From Narcine bancroftii (taxonomy: Eukaryota), in assembly GCF_036971445.1 (NCBI RefSeq), contig NC_091474.1, forward strand, positions 135,904,001 through 135,968,000: DNA of 64,000 nucleotides, written 5' to 3'. Made by a program: the position numbers and the translations under genes. Below are positions 1-13,757 of the stretch, in pieces; positions within the stretch are counted from its first letter, which is position 1; the number at the start of each line of letters is the position of its first letter. The notes below the pieces were generated by a model, which was not told the DNA's origin, ran no database searches, and saw nothing but the letters and a program-made list of their open reading frames with translations.

Positions 1-200
1 CCAAGACAGATTATTAGGTGTAATTCCTCCATTTTGCTGGAAGTCTCGGTGTGGCAGTGAATTGGGCCATAGATATGTCAGTGTGGGAATGGAGTATGGA
101 ATTAAAATGGTTGGCAACTGGGAGATCCCAGTTCTTGTAGCAGACAGAAGGAAGGTTTCTCCAATGTAGAGGAGGCTACATGACTGAAGTGTACTGTAGC
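1..200 (-). mobile_element. Decayed Penelope-like fragment
   Basis: Reverse complement resembles the GIY-YIG/3' region seen at 52600-52900 (ggttgcc..ccattt..attcc..cccac). Confidence 0.4.
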
Positions 201-405
201 TAAATTTGTTAAAGACACAAAGATAAGCTAGGTGAGGATAGAAAGAGCCTACAAAAGGTTAACTGGGAAGAGGTTTGCAGATGTAGTATGATATTGGAAA
301 TTGTAAGGTTATGTAAATTGGAATGAAGAATAAAAAAAACAAATTGCTATTTAAGTGGAATTAAACTTAGAAATGCTATGATAAAAGTGGATAAAACACT
401 TGAGT

Positions 406-1440
406 TGTTACAAACCACGCATAACCAGAAGCAATAGGCAATGAACCAGACAGTGTTTAATTTTAAAACACTAATTTTATTTCTAACTCTTAAACTGTAG
501 TCTTTCTGTGGCTTGGCTTCGCGGACGAAGATTTATGGAGGGGTAATGTCCACGTCAGCTGCAGGCTCGTTTGTGGCTGACAAGTCCGATGCGGGACAGG
601 CAGACACGGTTGCAGCGGTTGCAAGGGAAAATTGGTTGGTTGGGGTTGGGTGTTGGGTTTTTCCTCCTTTGTCTTTTGACAGTGAGGTGGGCTCTGAGGT
701 CTTCTTCAAAGGAGGTTGCTGCCCGCCGAACTGTGAGGCGCCAAGATGCACGGTTTGAGGCGATATCAGCCCACTGGCGGTGGTCAATGTGGCAGACACC
801 AAGAGCTTTCTTTAGGCAGTCCTTGTACCTCTTCTTTGGTGCACTGTAGTATTAACTTTGAAATTATCCTTAACACTAAATCTGTCCCAACTATGAGCAG
901 GTGTTGTAATGTATGTGTGTGAGTGTGTGATATACACAAACTATTACAGTCCAGGCTGAAGTTCGTTTTTTTTAAATTCAGTGTTGAAGTGGAGGTCTTT
1001 GAAATTTTATGCCAAGAATTAATGTTGAACTGATGGAAAGACCGGAGTTGTGGCTGCAACAGACTCTCAAATTCTTCTTGCATTGCTTTTGAAGAAATGT
1101 CCATCCACATGAGCGGTGGTCATAACACTCCTGGTCCTTTTGTAGGCAAGACCCAAACTGGGCAGCCTCCATGAACATTCCAAGACCCTGGCACCAGTCT
1201 CTCCAAGTAACTTCACTGCTAGTCACACTTAAAATGAAGCAGTCTCTCCAAGTGACTTCCACTGTTGGTCACAATCAAAATTAAGCACTTTGCTTCCCAA
1301 ACAGACCTTCCTGGCACAGGTCAATCCGCCAAAATGGCCCAGTCATTCACAGAGCATGCTTTGCTCTGAATTCCACAAAAATGTCTGGCCGGAAGAGCTG
1401 CTTCAAAGAGGTGTTTTCTTTCCAGCAGTCAGCACGGTTC
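406..1440 (-). mobile_element. LTR-like element (related to 52905/62388 family), interrupted by RTE; distal end uncertain
   Basis: Begins TGTTACAA like 62388, with similar downstream organisation and TG-rich tract; internal ~45-bp tandem duplication near 1195-1285. Confidence 0.45.
502..842 (-). mobile_element. 5'-truncated RTE-clade LINE, young
   Basis: About 95% identical by eye to the reverse complement of 20974-21318; TSD ACTGTAGT at 494-501 and 843-850. Confidence 0.85.
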
Positions 1441-1494
1441 TCACGTAAAATCACTGGGTATAATATTTTCTGGAATAAGATGGTTGATGTATAG

Positions 1495-1882
1495 TCGTGT
1501 TTTCCAAATTTTTTCTTTCCACTCACATACCACTTTAAGTAATGCCTATGCCATAGTTGCTCTGTGATTAGTAAGGGATTACTTAAGGTAATTAAGGTAA
1601 TTAAGGTGAGTGGAAAGAAAAAGTGTGAAAACCACTGTTTTAATTGTACCTAATTGACTCATTAAGTGCATGGTTTTATAACTCCAAAGGAAATGGGCCA
1701 ATGACAATTTTTTTCATGCAAAATATTTCAGTAACAATTGGGTCTAGGCTTGTGGTTCTCAACCTTTTTTTCCCACTCACATGTCACTTTAAGTAGTCCC
1801 TTACTAATCATAGAGCACCTATGGCATAGGGATAACTTAAGGTGGTATGTGAGTATGGAAATAAAATGTTTGAAAACCACTA
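1495..1882. mobile_element. Compound hAT/Charlie-type MITE, copy 1
   Basis: Two palindromic ~130-bp units with CAGTGGTTCTCAAC-like ends plus spacer; 8-bp TSD ATGTATAG at 1487-1494 and 1883-1890. Confidence 0.8.
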
Positions 1883-2488
1883 ATGTATAGTGTTGAAGTT
1901 GAATAGATTGGGTTCATATTCATTGGAGGCTTGAAGAAATAAAGATGATTTTTTTAAATCACGAGATTATGTAAGAGATTCTCAGGGTGGATACTGAGAG
2001 GGTTGTTTAATGCTCTGGGGCATAGTATAAGAATAAGTGATCTCCCATTTCAGACAGAGATAAGGAGGAGGAATTTCTTTTCTAGGGGATGAAGCTCATT
2101 GGTTAGTTTCAGCTCATGTTAGCTTGTAGTGGAGTAGTCCTTATTTCTGTGTAGCCATGTAGCTTATTTTCTCTCATGCATGCCCATTAACTCCCAATTT
2201 TTTATTCTTTTGCAACTCATGTACTCTAAGGCATATTTTTACAATATCTGTTAAATTACTGACACATCTTTGGGATATAGGAAGAAATGAGATAATTGGT
2301 GTGTGAACTCCACTCAGACAGCATCCAAGGTCAGGATTGAACCAGGAATAATACTAAAGCTGTTGTGCAGTTCTATGATCTGCTTAAAGATCACTTTGTA
2401 ACACAGGGCTCCCTTAGATTCTGTCCATTATATTATGGATTTACAATGTCCTTGTTTTAACCAGAGTCTCAAAACAGGTGCTTTGCTG

Positions 2489-2763
2489 AAAAATTTATTT
2501 GGACAGCTGCATTGATTGGAAAGGTTTAGAGGTGGTATGTTTAAAGGGAATGAGTGAGGAAATACCCTTTAAACCTACTGAGGTTTAAATTCCTCTTAAA
2601 TGTCACTATCCTATCTGCTTCGCTCATTCTTCCTCCTCTCCCAGCAGTGCATTGCAGGATCCTACCACTCTCAGTAGGTTTAAAGGGTATTTCCTCACTC
2701 ATTCCCTTTAAACATACCACCTCTAAACCTTTCCAATCAATGCAGCTGTCCAAATAAATTTTT
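2489..2763. repeat. Perfect 94-bp inverted repeat with 87-bp spacer
   Basis: 2489-2582 is the exact reverse complement of 2670-2763. Confidence 0.95.
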
Positions 2764-2769
2764 AAAAAT

Positions 2770-4770
2770 TGTTAATACATCTTTCTCTCTCATTTTCTCT
2801 GGCAGCTCATTTCATTTACGTGCCATCATCAGCATATAAAAGGCTAGCCCCTCAAATCCCTTTTAAATCTCTCCCCTCGTACCTTTGCCTTCTAGTATTC
2901 CACCCTTGGAAAAAGTCTCATTATCTGTCATTTATGCCTTCCATAATTTTATATACTGTACTTCGATTAGGTCTTTTCTCAGCTTTCGAAGTTCCAGAGA
3001 AAACCATCTAAGTTTATCCAACTTTGTCTTAATAGCTAATATTCACTAATCAAGGTAACATCTTGTTGAATCTCTCCAGTGCCCTCTTCAAAGCTCTCCT
3101 ATAATGAAGCGAACACAATACTCCAATGTGACCAAGCTAAAGTTTTAAATATCCGCAACATATTTTACTGATTTTTTTTCACTAAATGTCCCCACTGATG
3201 AAGGTAAACATGCTACGTGTCTTCTTTCCACCTTTTCCATTTTGCAGGAGCTTTTGCCTTGCCACCCAACATTTCTGTGTACACCAATGCTCCCAAGAGT
3301 CTTACCGCTTACTCTATACTTTCCCCTTAAATTTGACCTCCCAAAATGCAATGCCTCACACTTGTTTGGATAAACTCCATCTGCCATTTCTCTGCCCATG
3401 TCTCAACTGATCTCTATCTTGTAGCCTTTGACAACGTTCACTATCGACAAGTCCTCCAATTTTGCTTCAGCTGCAATTTACTAATCTGCTCACCTACATT
3501 TTCATTCAGATAGTTTTCATATACAATAAAATCCCCATTATCTGGCACCTACGGAGATGGCAGGTTGTGGGTACTGGAAATGTGAATTTTCCGGTTGACT
3601 GAGGCTCACTCTTAAAATGCTTAACCTTCATTAAGAATACACAGTTTAAAAGATAAAAGACAGTGTAAAGTAATATTTTAAAAGATCAGTATTGTAGTCT
3701 TTAATTATGTAAAGTTCACTTTCCCATAACATACAAAATTTAAATTTGATCCCTGATCATTGGTGCTGTAACAGCTTTACGCAAGCCGCCACGCTAACCT
3801 TGCTGCCATCATAATTAACCCCCTCCTCCACTCACGTTAACAGATAAAGCCTTACTAATATTCCTAATACCAATAAAAATAAAGACACTTACTTGGCAGG
3901 GATAGGGTTAAAAAAACACAAAATGCTGGAGATGCTCAGCAGGTCACACCAACATTTTGTGTTTTTACTTCAACCATGGTGTCTACAGAATTTTATGATT
4001 TACTTCTGGATAGGGAGACAGTTTGGTAGAGTCTCCTTAGCGACCATCACCATCAGCCAGTTCTTCATCCTGGGCAACACCATTTTATTCAAATACAACT
4101 TTATTGAAACTTTATTCAAACAGCTGCTGCGGGCGGGGCATGACCGGGGCGCTCCACTGGCTGAATGTTTACTCAGTGGTTGTGTGTTGCTTTGGAAAAC
4201 TTTTTTTCTTTTACAATTTTAAACTTTCATTTAAATCTTTATTTATTCTTATTTGTTATTTATTTCCTCTTTCTTTTTTGGTGGTTGTTTTGAGTTTCCG
4301 GTTGATTGAGTGCCAGATAATGAGGATTTTACTGTATCACAAACAGCAGAGGTCTGAGCACTGATTCCTGAAGAACACCGCTGGTCACAGGCCTCCAATC
4401 AGAGAAACACCCTCCACTATTACCCTCTGTCTTCTATGGCTAAATCAATGTTGAATCCATTTTAACAGTTAGCATGGATCCATGTACTATGAGGGATCTT
4501 GTCAAAAGATCCAAACTGCCTTTCCCTCATTAATGATCTTCATCACAACCTCAAAAAATTCAATCTTCATAATATATGTCCTGCCTTGCACAAAGCCTTG
4601 TTGACTATCCCTAGGAATCTATAACTTTTCCAAATGTGAGTAAATCCAATCCCTAAAAATCCTCTCCAATAGATTCTCTATCTCTTAGATAAGGCACACT
4701 GGCCTATAATTTCCTAGATTATTTATATTGCCTTTCATAAACAAAGGAACGTCACTGCCTAATCTCTCTT
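2770..4770 (-). mobile_element. Decayed CR1 LINE 3' part (RT C-terminus), split by a Tigger-like element
   Basis: Minus ORF 3145-3399 with NKCEALHFGRSN (CR1 KCEVLHFG motif); CR1 sequence resumes after 4336. Confidence 0.7.
3524..4334. mobile_element. Tc1/mariner (Tigger-like) non-autonomous DNA transposon
   Basis: TIRs CAATAAAATCCCCATTATCTGGCAC / GTGCCAGATAATGAGGATTTTACTG flanked by TA on both sides. Confidence 0.75.
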
Positions 4771-4899
4771 GCCTCTCTCAATAAGCCTACTGTCTTGTTT
4801 CAGAAAAATCATGTCATGTTTACTGAATGCTCAAGTTTTGGGAAACCAAGAACATTATATTCTTAATGTATTTAAAATATGTTTTACATTTATCTTTAA

Positions 4900-5103
<204 letters not shown>

Positions 5104-8004
5104 TGATGGTGTGTTTGAGATTGAGATATTTAAATACTTTGGTTTAAAATAAAATGAGTTTTCAGTTATTTATAAATTAAATGTTAAAAACAGCAAGATT
5201 TCTGAAAAATAAAGCAGACATGGTATCAAGGGTGACTTACTTTCACACTGTTTTTGTGAGTTCTGAGGTGGCTGATCTAATCCACAGACTTTGCTACAGA
5301 TGAGGGACAGGAAGATGAGTAGTTTATGAGGTGGTGAATGCCTTATGCCACTTATAGAAGAAGCAGCAGGAGTTTCTGTGTGCTTTCGACTGGACGTTTT
5401 CACAAACCCAAGTATTCCATTTTGAAGGGTCTGAGAGCTTCCTAAGACTCAATGGGGATGTTGCAGTTTTTCAAAGAAGCATTGAGCACAGTGTTTTATT
5501 TTGTCTGCTGTTAATCTCTTCCTCTGACCTTATCCTTCCAGTGAATTTGGAACATTTTATGGAGGCTCATTGGTGGTATCTTTGCAGTGTTTCAAGGTGC
5601 TTTCAATATGTGTCACAAGCATATACAAAAGGAAGGATTAATGACTCATGTAAGAAAATTAGTTTTGTGCCAGGACTGAGCTCTTAATCTTCAAATGCTC
5701 TCCTCTTGAATCAATTCAAGATTGTGCTGAACCATTGAAGGCATCATCAATGACTGCCTTTGCTGGGAGAAGGCTCATGGATATGGAAAGTCTTCACATT
5801 TTTCAGAAAATTAACCATGGACTCATTCATCACAAAAACATGTCCTTCAGTCCACAGTGTGCATGGTGACCAATGAGTGGGTGCTTTGTCAAATCTCAGC
5901 TTAAACCCACAATCCCTATCTTAAATCTATGACACTGCTTTATATCTCTCTGATATGGGAAAATGTTTCTTATTATCTGTTTTAGCTTTCATCATTTAGT
6001 TTCCCTCTGTCAGATTTCCCACAGGGTTCTCTGCTCCAAAAATATTAAATCCACCCTTTATGGACTCTCCTCACAACAAGAACACTCCAACTAGGTGATA
6101 TCCTGTTAAATCTCCTCTCCATTCTTTCCAGTGCAGTCAGGTCCTTCTTACAGTGTGGTGACCAGAACTGCACAAATTATTCTATCTGTGGTGTAAGCAG
6201 TGTTTTATGAAGTTGTACCACAACCTCATTGCTCTTGAATTCTATACCCCAGCTAATGAAGACAGATATCTGGTGTGTGCCTTGTTAATCAAGCTTCAAG
6301 ATTCAATTTATTGTCATGTAATAAAGACAGTGCAGTATTACATGGAATTTGTTTTTGTTTGCCATAAGGCAGACAGATTTGCCATCACCGGAAATTGCCT
6401 GTACTGCCTCTTGCAGTCAGAGAAAGAGAAGCAAAACAAACTCCTGTCAGAGTCACTAAGTGTCCGTAGATTTGCCTCCAGCCCTTTCGCAGCTCCCGCA
6501 GCCTCAGAGTCTAGTCCAAACCATCAGCAGCCCTAGCTCTAACACGATCAGGAACTCTTCAGCGCCCTCTGCGATCTCTCATGTCCCATTTCCAATACCT
6601 GATCCTTCAGCCATTTCTTGAGCCAGTAGACTGCAGCTTGGTGTTAATCCCTTGACGCAGTTGCCAGCAGCCCACAGCCTGCATGGGTTACTCGTCTCGA
6701 ATCACCATCAACTTGCCGCCTGTGCATTTCTTCAACCACAGAACCCCTTACTGGCCTTCCGCCCTGGTCACTGTCCTGTGAGTGGTCTCCTCTGGTTCTT
6801 CTCAAATGGGGGCTGTTCTCCCTGTTTTCTGGTGTTCTGCACCAGTCCTCTGCTTCCCTGGAGTCTGTAACCCCTTGTGCCTGAACATAAGATGCTGGCA
6901 TTTAGGAGGCAGACCCCGCAGTCATAGAAGTTTTAAATAAAACCACTGTCAGCTCAATTTACTGGCTGTTTAAAGCCTATACAGAGCTGATAGCAGTCGG
7001 ACTAGGTGGTTTGACCCCATGGAAGTACTGTGTCTGCGCTCTGTGGGTCTACACCAGTGGCAGCGCTGCGGTTACAACAGCTCTGGCAGCGCCATCATCT
7101 TATCTATCAATGCTGTCACCTTCATGGGCCCTTTAACTGTACATCAAAGTACTGTAGTGCCTGACCATACATTGCATTTACCTGTCTTAATAGTCCTTCC
7201 AAAATGCACCATCTTGCACTCATCAATGTGATAATTCACTTGCCATTGCTCTGTCTATCTTATCAACTTATCAATACTTATATTGTTAACCATGTCCCAA
7301 ATGTTAGGGATGCCAGGCAATGCTCTTTGTTTACCTCCCAGCAGATATAAGTTGAAGTATATCAAGTATATTACATTTTTTATGTATTATTACATGACAA
7401 ACAGAAAGAGTATCAACATAGATCTCTGTGTTGTTGACTTCCAAAATAATCCTTTACCATCTCTATCTCTGCCACAAACTAACAAGCCATTTTGGATCCA
7501 TCTTCCAAGTTGCCAAGTGATCCTGTGGACTTTAACCTTTTGGGCCAGTGTTCTATTGTCAAGCTCCTTGAATTTCAGCATTACTTACTCCTAACAAAGT
7601 GACACTATTTATCTTTTAATTAATCTCCGCCTTTCCAACTCTATATTAATTCTTCCCCTTCAATTTTTTTTCCTTGACTTCATGACTGCTGTCAGTTGGA
7701 TAGTTTTCTGCTCATTCTGATGATTAGGTCTAACCCTGCAGGAAGTTTGTTGGATGTGTCATGTGATGTCTTTGCAAAAGAAATTGAGAAAATCTTGAGG
7801 CCATGATGTAGCTTTGTTTGACGGTAATCTTCATTGAGATTGGTTCTGTTGAAGACTTGTTAGTTAACATCATGGCTTTTATTTTATTATAGAACAAATA
7901 TAAAATGAAGATAACTTTCTATGTCAGCTTTACTAGAAGAGGGAATCCACAGTGAGTGCCACCCTGGAAATAAAGGGTGCAGTGAGGCCAAATAATGACC
8001 CACA

Positions 8005-8950
8005 TTACTAACCCACAACTGCATCGCCAGATCCAGCTCCAACAGTGTCATCAAATTTGCAGATGACACAACAGTCATTGGTCTCATCACCACACCGATA
8101 AGTCGCAATTCAGAGAAGAGATGGAAAATCTTGTGAAATGGCCCGAGAATAGCATCCTAAGTCTCAATGTGGACAAGACAAGGGAGGTGATTCTGGGCTT
8201 CAGGAGGACCAGGAATGACCACCCTCCACTACACATCAACAACTTAGTGGAGAGCACTAAGTTCCTTGGAGTTCACTTTACTAGTGACCTATCGTGGACA
8301 CTCAACATCTCCTCACTTGTCAGGAAGGCACACCAGCGACTTCACTTCCTGAGAAGACTGAAGTGGACAAGGCTACCGGCCATCATTATGTTAACCTATA
8401 GGAGCTCTATCAAGAGTGTACTGGCTGGCTGCATCACAGTGTGGTACAGTTGCTACAGAAAAATGGATCAGAGGTCAATCCACAGGACCATAAGAGTGGC
8501 AGAGAGAATCACTGGAGTCTCCCTGCCAGCAACCCCCAACCCACCCCACCACCATCGACTTGATCTACCGGAATTGTCCGAAGAGGGCATGCAAAATCAT
8601 TGATAACCCCTTCCACCCTTCCCACAGCATCTTTCAGCTGCACCCGTTGGGGAAGAGATACTCTGATACTCTAATCAGAGCCAGGCTGAGGAACAGCTAC
8701 TCACAGACAGTAAGAATGCTGAACGACCAAAGGAATCGCTCACATTAACCATCCAACACTCTCATGTTCATGAAGCAATATTTATTTATTTATTTGTATA
8801 CATGAAATACTTGTCCTGTATATGTATTATTTTCCTGTATGTGTGTTGTGTCTGGTTATATGTCTGCCTTTTTTGGATCGAAGACTGAAGAATGCTGTTT
8901 GGTCAGGTTGTACTTCTATAATCAGATGTCAATAAACTTGCCTTGACTTG
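8005..8950 (+). mobile_element. Rex1/Babar-type LINE 3' fragment (RT + DUF1891-like region)
   Basis: KFADDTTVIGLI, LNVDKTREV, AHQRLHFLRRLK, SVLAGCITVWY; ends AATAAA + CTTGA-type tail. Confidence 0.8.
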
Positions 8951-10619
8951 AAACAAAAGGTTAAGAATCATGGTTGGTTATTGGTTTTGCATTTTTCTTG
9001 GAGTTTCCATGTTTGAAAGTTATGTCTGGTGTGCTTTTAGATTACAATTCAGAGGATATCCCTGTACAATGGGAGAAAACGCTACAGGAGTGATTTTTTC
9101 CTTTAAGGCATAAGATTGTGGCACTGTGGCAGTGCTGTTGTGGACCACGAAGGAGCAGGACCACTCTTTTCAATGCTCCTCTGTGGGGACATTTTTCCCA
9201 GTTGTCCTGCCTGAATGCCCATAAAACAGGGTCGGAAGCAGTTTTTCCAACAAGATCCTTGGAGGTCCTTGACCAAGATGGTGGCCTCCCAGACTTTGAA
9301 GGCAACGTGCTCTGAGAAAGTAGCAGAACAGCAGAACATTCTGCCCCCCCTCCCCCCACCGAAAATGAGAAAGTTTGAAGAGGACCCTTCAAACAGAAAG
9401 AAATAGCAACAGACTAAGTTCCAGCTAGGAGAGTGGCAGCCAAAGACCTTACACCAGGTTCCAAGCTGCTGGCAACCGGTTCTGCAGAACGAGGTATCAG
9501 GTCCAGGATTCATGAAGGTGCTGAGATCAAGCAGGGCTCCCAAAGGGCCTTGGGCACTGACAGCTTCTTAACATTTTTGGAACTAGGGATCAAGCTAATG
9601 CAACTTGGATGCCGCAAGCTCAAATTCACGGATGCTGTACATCTACAGAGTTTGAGGAGACAGGAGGTAGTAGCATTGGAAGAGGCAGAAGAATCTATGG
9701 ATATTCATGTTTATTGATGGACTCTGTTTTGCTTCTCTTTCTTGTCTTGTTAGTGCTGCTGTTTTAATGGCTCCTCTTTGTGTACTTTTACAGGGCAAAC
9801 AAGGAAATATTATCAAGTAGTTGACAATAAATGGAATCTTGAATCTGTAGCAGACAGCAGGGAATCCTCTCTGTAATTATTACAGTTGGACTTCCTCCTT
9901 TCTTGATCATGATTATAGTATCTCTGAGGTCTCCAGGTGTATCCTTGTTTTCCCAGAAATGGCAAGACTGGATATTTTGATTGTCACAGGGAAAATTATT
10001 GTCCATCATTCTTCATCATCTCCTCCTGGAATTGTAGTGTGGATTTCATCAGGCAACAACTCCTTGAAATATGAAGCGAGTTATATCAGAATAAATGCCC
10101 TTTAACAACTTCACTAAAGCCAGGAAGAACACCTTCCTTCTTTGGTGAATGCAACTCAAGTCAAGTCACCTCTATTTACATTCATACCATGCTTTGACAG
10201 TAAAGATGAGATAGCGTTTCTCCAAGACCACAGAACATATTTACATAAACATAGAATAGAAGTTCAACACATTTAAAATATTAAGACTTGTACATTAACA
10301 TTCCACGGTATCCAATCCCAAATGTTCTGGGAGTTCAGGAGTCTGATGGCTTGGGGGAAAAAGCTCTTGCCCAATCTGGACGTAAGGACCTGAGTGCTGC
10401 AGTATCTTCTACCAGATGGCAGAAGGGAGAACAGTTTACTTGAGGGGTGTGTAGAGTCCTCACAGATTATCTTTCAGTTGTATAATTTTGTTTTTCATCA
10501 TGTTTTAATGTTCATTTGCTTCTTTTACAATGGTAATAGTATCAGGATAGATACCTCTTGGACTCAAATAGAATTAAAAATTGTAATGCCAGAATAGACC
10601 TTCTGTGATTTGTTAGATT

Positions 10620-11265
10620 TTCAGAATCCGAATTCGAATTTATTGTCATAAACGGCATGAAGTTTGTTGTTTTGCACCAGCATCACAGTGCAAACATTGC
10701 ATATAAACCACCTTACAAAATAAATACAAGAAAAGAAAGACAAAGTAAGTTAGCGTCTCTGGTTCATTATTCATTCAGGGATCTGATAACAGGGGACAAA
10801 ACTATTTTTGTGCCACTGAGTGCTCATCTTCAGGCTCCTGTACCTTTTTTCCTGATGATAGCAGAGTGAAGAGAGCATGGCCTGGGTAGTGAGGGTCTTT
10901 CAGGATAGAGCTTGCTTTGTTAAGACATGGCCTCTTGCAGATGTTCTCAGACAGGTGCCTGTGATGTCTCAGGCCAAGTTCACAACCCTCTTGAGTTTTT
11001 TCTTGTCCCGAACATTGGCATCTCCATACCAGACAGTGATGCAACCAGCCAGAATGCTCTCCATGCTACTTCTGTAATGTTTCCGAGAGTCTTCAGTGAC
11101 ATATTTAATCTCCTCAAGCTCCTTACAAAGTCAGCTGTTGGCAAGTCTTTGTGATTAAGTCAACATGGAGACTCCAGAACAGATCCTCAAAGATGTTGAC
11201 ACCGAGGAATTTGGACGTCTTGACCCTCTCCACTGCTGACCATTCAATGAGGACTAGTTTATGTT
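10620..11265 (-). mobile_element. Rex1/Babar-type LINE 3' fragment
   Basis: Minus strand SILKDPHYPGHALFTLLSSG; GAATC-type tail and AATAAA at about 10620-10645. Confidence 0.7.
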
Positions 11266-12473
11266 CTGATTTTTTAAATAATGTGACAAGAAAATGCATT
11301 CCATGGTATGAATAAGTAGCTATAGCGACAGATTGAATTATTAAATGTGTATCTATATTTTAATGACTTCCATTAAAGTTATGGCATATGCTGCTTTACT
11401 TGTTGGATGCAATAATTATCCTGCAAGTGGTCATGCGAATGTAGCACTGAATTTGATCCAATAACTAATGTGCATTATAATTCCTGTCTTAATAGTTCCA
11501 GAGTTTGAATGATTAAAAACCTTCAGAGCTGGTTTCCACCCAGTCTTTTCATTATTGATGAGCTTCATATTGAATGAAAAATAACATAAGTAGCTTGCCT
11601 TAAATTTTCAACATTACTTACGCTCCTATTTTCTTTCTTGCTCTTTTACATACACATGCACCTCCACAAGTATTCAATATGTTGATTTTTTGGCTTACAT
11701 TTCTTCACATCCTGCAGTAGAAAGACTACAAATTAAGTACCATCAAACCATTTAACCTTCGGCTCAGCAAAGGCAAATCTGATTCTGCCTGAGTCAGTGG
11801 CCATGGATGTGCCTAATTTCAGTGCAGAAGCAGAAAATCCAAAAGATGCTTTTGTGGGCAGCAGTATGGTTTAGGTATTTTGTCACAAGTCTGTCGAAAT
11901 TAATATTCAAGGTTCCTTAATGGTGATCATCCTATTCCACTAAATAGGCTGGACTGAAACAAAGCTGATAGTTTCTAGCCCTTGGCAGGTTATGGAAGAT
12001 TGTAGCCAAAAGTTAACTGCAATCTCACACTCACTATCTACGATGTCAACCTAGGTTATCATCTATCTCTCCTTTTACTTTTGTGGATTCCCAGCACTGA
12101 TTTCAACCCTTGAGTTTGATTGGCAAACTACCAAACAAAGCTTATTGACATGCAGTTGAACTTGGCTGTGCAAGCAATTATTGGATTAGGGTCAACATTA
12201 CAGTTGATCCCAGTCCAGTTGTTCTCTCTTCTGTCAAACATTGGATCTCCTTGCACCTCTAGACATCCTGCAATGGAGAGATTGTGTAAACTACAAGCAA
12301 TCCACAACTACATGTCTTTCGGAACCTTTACAGTCTTCCCAACTTGTAACATCATGTCCAAGGATTTCTTCTGCCCCTGATATATTCATTATGTCACTTG
12401 CAATATAAATAGAATCAAGCTAAACCAAAAACAGGATTGTGATTTTTTTTTTGGAAATTTGTTTCTGAAAGAG

Positions 12474-12700
12474 GCAGGGTTAGTGTAGCAGTTAGTGCAA
12501 CACTGTTACAAGTGCCAGCAATTGGGACCATGGTTCGAATCCTGCACAATCTGTAAGGAGTTCTCCTGTGTCTACATGGATTTTCCTCAGGGGCTCCAGT
12601 TCCCTCCCACCCTTCAAAACATACCAGAGGTTGTCGGTTACTTGGGTGTAATTGGGCGGCATGGGCTCATGGGCCGAAATGGTCTGTTAATTTAAAATTT
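12474..12700 (+). mobile_element. tRNA-derived V-SINE (HE1-like)
   Basis: A-box/B-box-like head (GGTTCGAATCC) and V-domain-like ctgtgtctacatggattttcctcaggggctccagttccctcccac; related copy at 55821. Confidence 0.65.
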
Positions 12701-13757
12701 AAAGAGCAATGGAACCAGTGTCTGAATATTTTGGAGAGAGGACAAAAAGACTTTTGAAAAGCTAGCGATGAGAAGTTACAAGAGGTGGGTGGAGATTCAG
12801 AATTAAGATTACAACCTGATGAGTCATTAACTCATTGAATTGTAGAGCTGGGTCCCATTCAATGGGCCAACAGGCTACTTCTCTTATCTATTGATTTATA
12901 TGATCATGTGAGTTAAAAGATATGCGAAAATGACATTTTCTGCATTACTCTGCTATTCAACAAGCCAAATGGCCAACACGTACTTTTATTTCATATTCTT
13001 ATGAGTAGAAAGGAATGTTTAAAGTAATTTTTAAAATTATTTAAGTAGATCTAAAATACTTTACCAACTCCCAGATGGTGTTTAATTCAGGTAGCTTTGA
13101 ACTGTTGCCTTTTGTTAAGCTAACTGAGGCAGAACATGCACCGTAAATGTTGAGTCCAAGGATGTGTTGTAGAACAGAGGTCTTGAGTGAAGATCTGTCC
13201 CCTGAGTGAAGAAATCCCACCTCCATCACATTAAAATTAAGCTCTCATTTCCTTGATTTTCCAACTCATGGAAGCAGATTTTCAGTATTCACCTTATCTA
13301 TACATCTCATGATTTTACTCTCTCAACTAGGGGAACAGGCCTAGTTTTTTCCAGTCTCTCACACCTCTTGTGAACCCTTTCCAACTTCAGAATCAGAATT
13401 TATTGTCATGAAATTCTGTTTTGTGGCAGCATCATTGTGCAAACATTCAGATTATAACCATCCTACAACATTACTATATTAAAAAAAATTAAAATAATAG
13501 TATACAAAAAGTAAGGCAGTGCCTTTGGTTCATTGATTATTCAGGAATCTGATGGCAGTGAGAAGAAGCTGTCCTTATGCCATTGAGTGCTCGTCTTTAG
13601 GGTCCTGCACCTTTCCCCCAATGGTAGCAGATGAAGAGGGCATGGCCTGGGTAGTTGGGATCTTTGAGGATAGAGGCTGCTTTTCTAAGACACCACCTCA
13701 TGTAGATGTACTCGATGAAGTCTGGGGCCTGTGATGTCGCAGATCGAGTTAACAACC

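Noticed and set aside
9000-9850. Several 60-146 aa ORFs as coding exons
   Set aside because: No recognisable homology; the region ends in AATAAA + GAATCT tail like non-autonomous Rex-type retroelements.
12474-12545. tRNA gene
   Set aside because: A/B-box-like head runs into a SINE body and tail, also seen at 55821; no proper cloverleaf.
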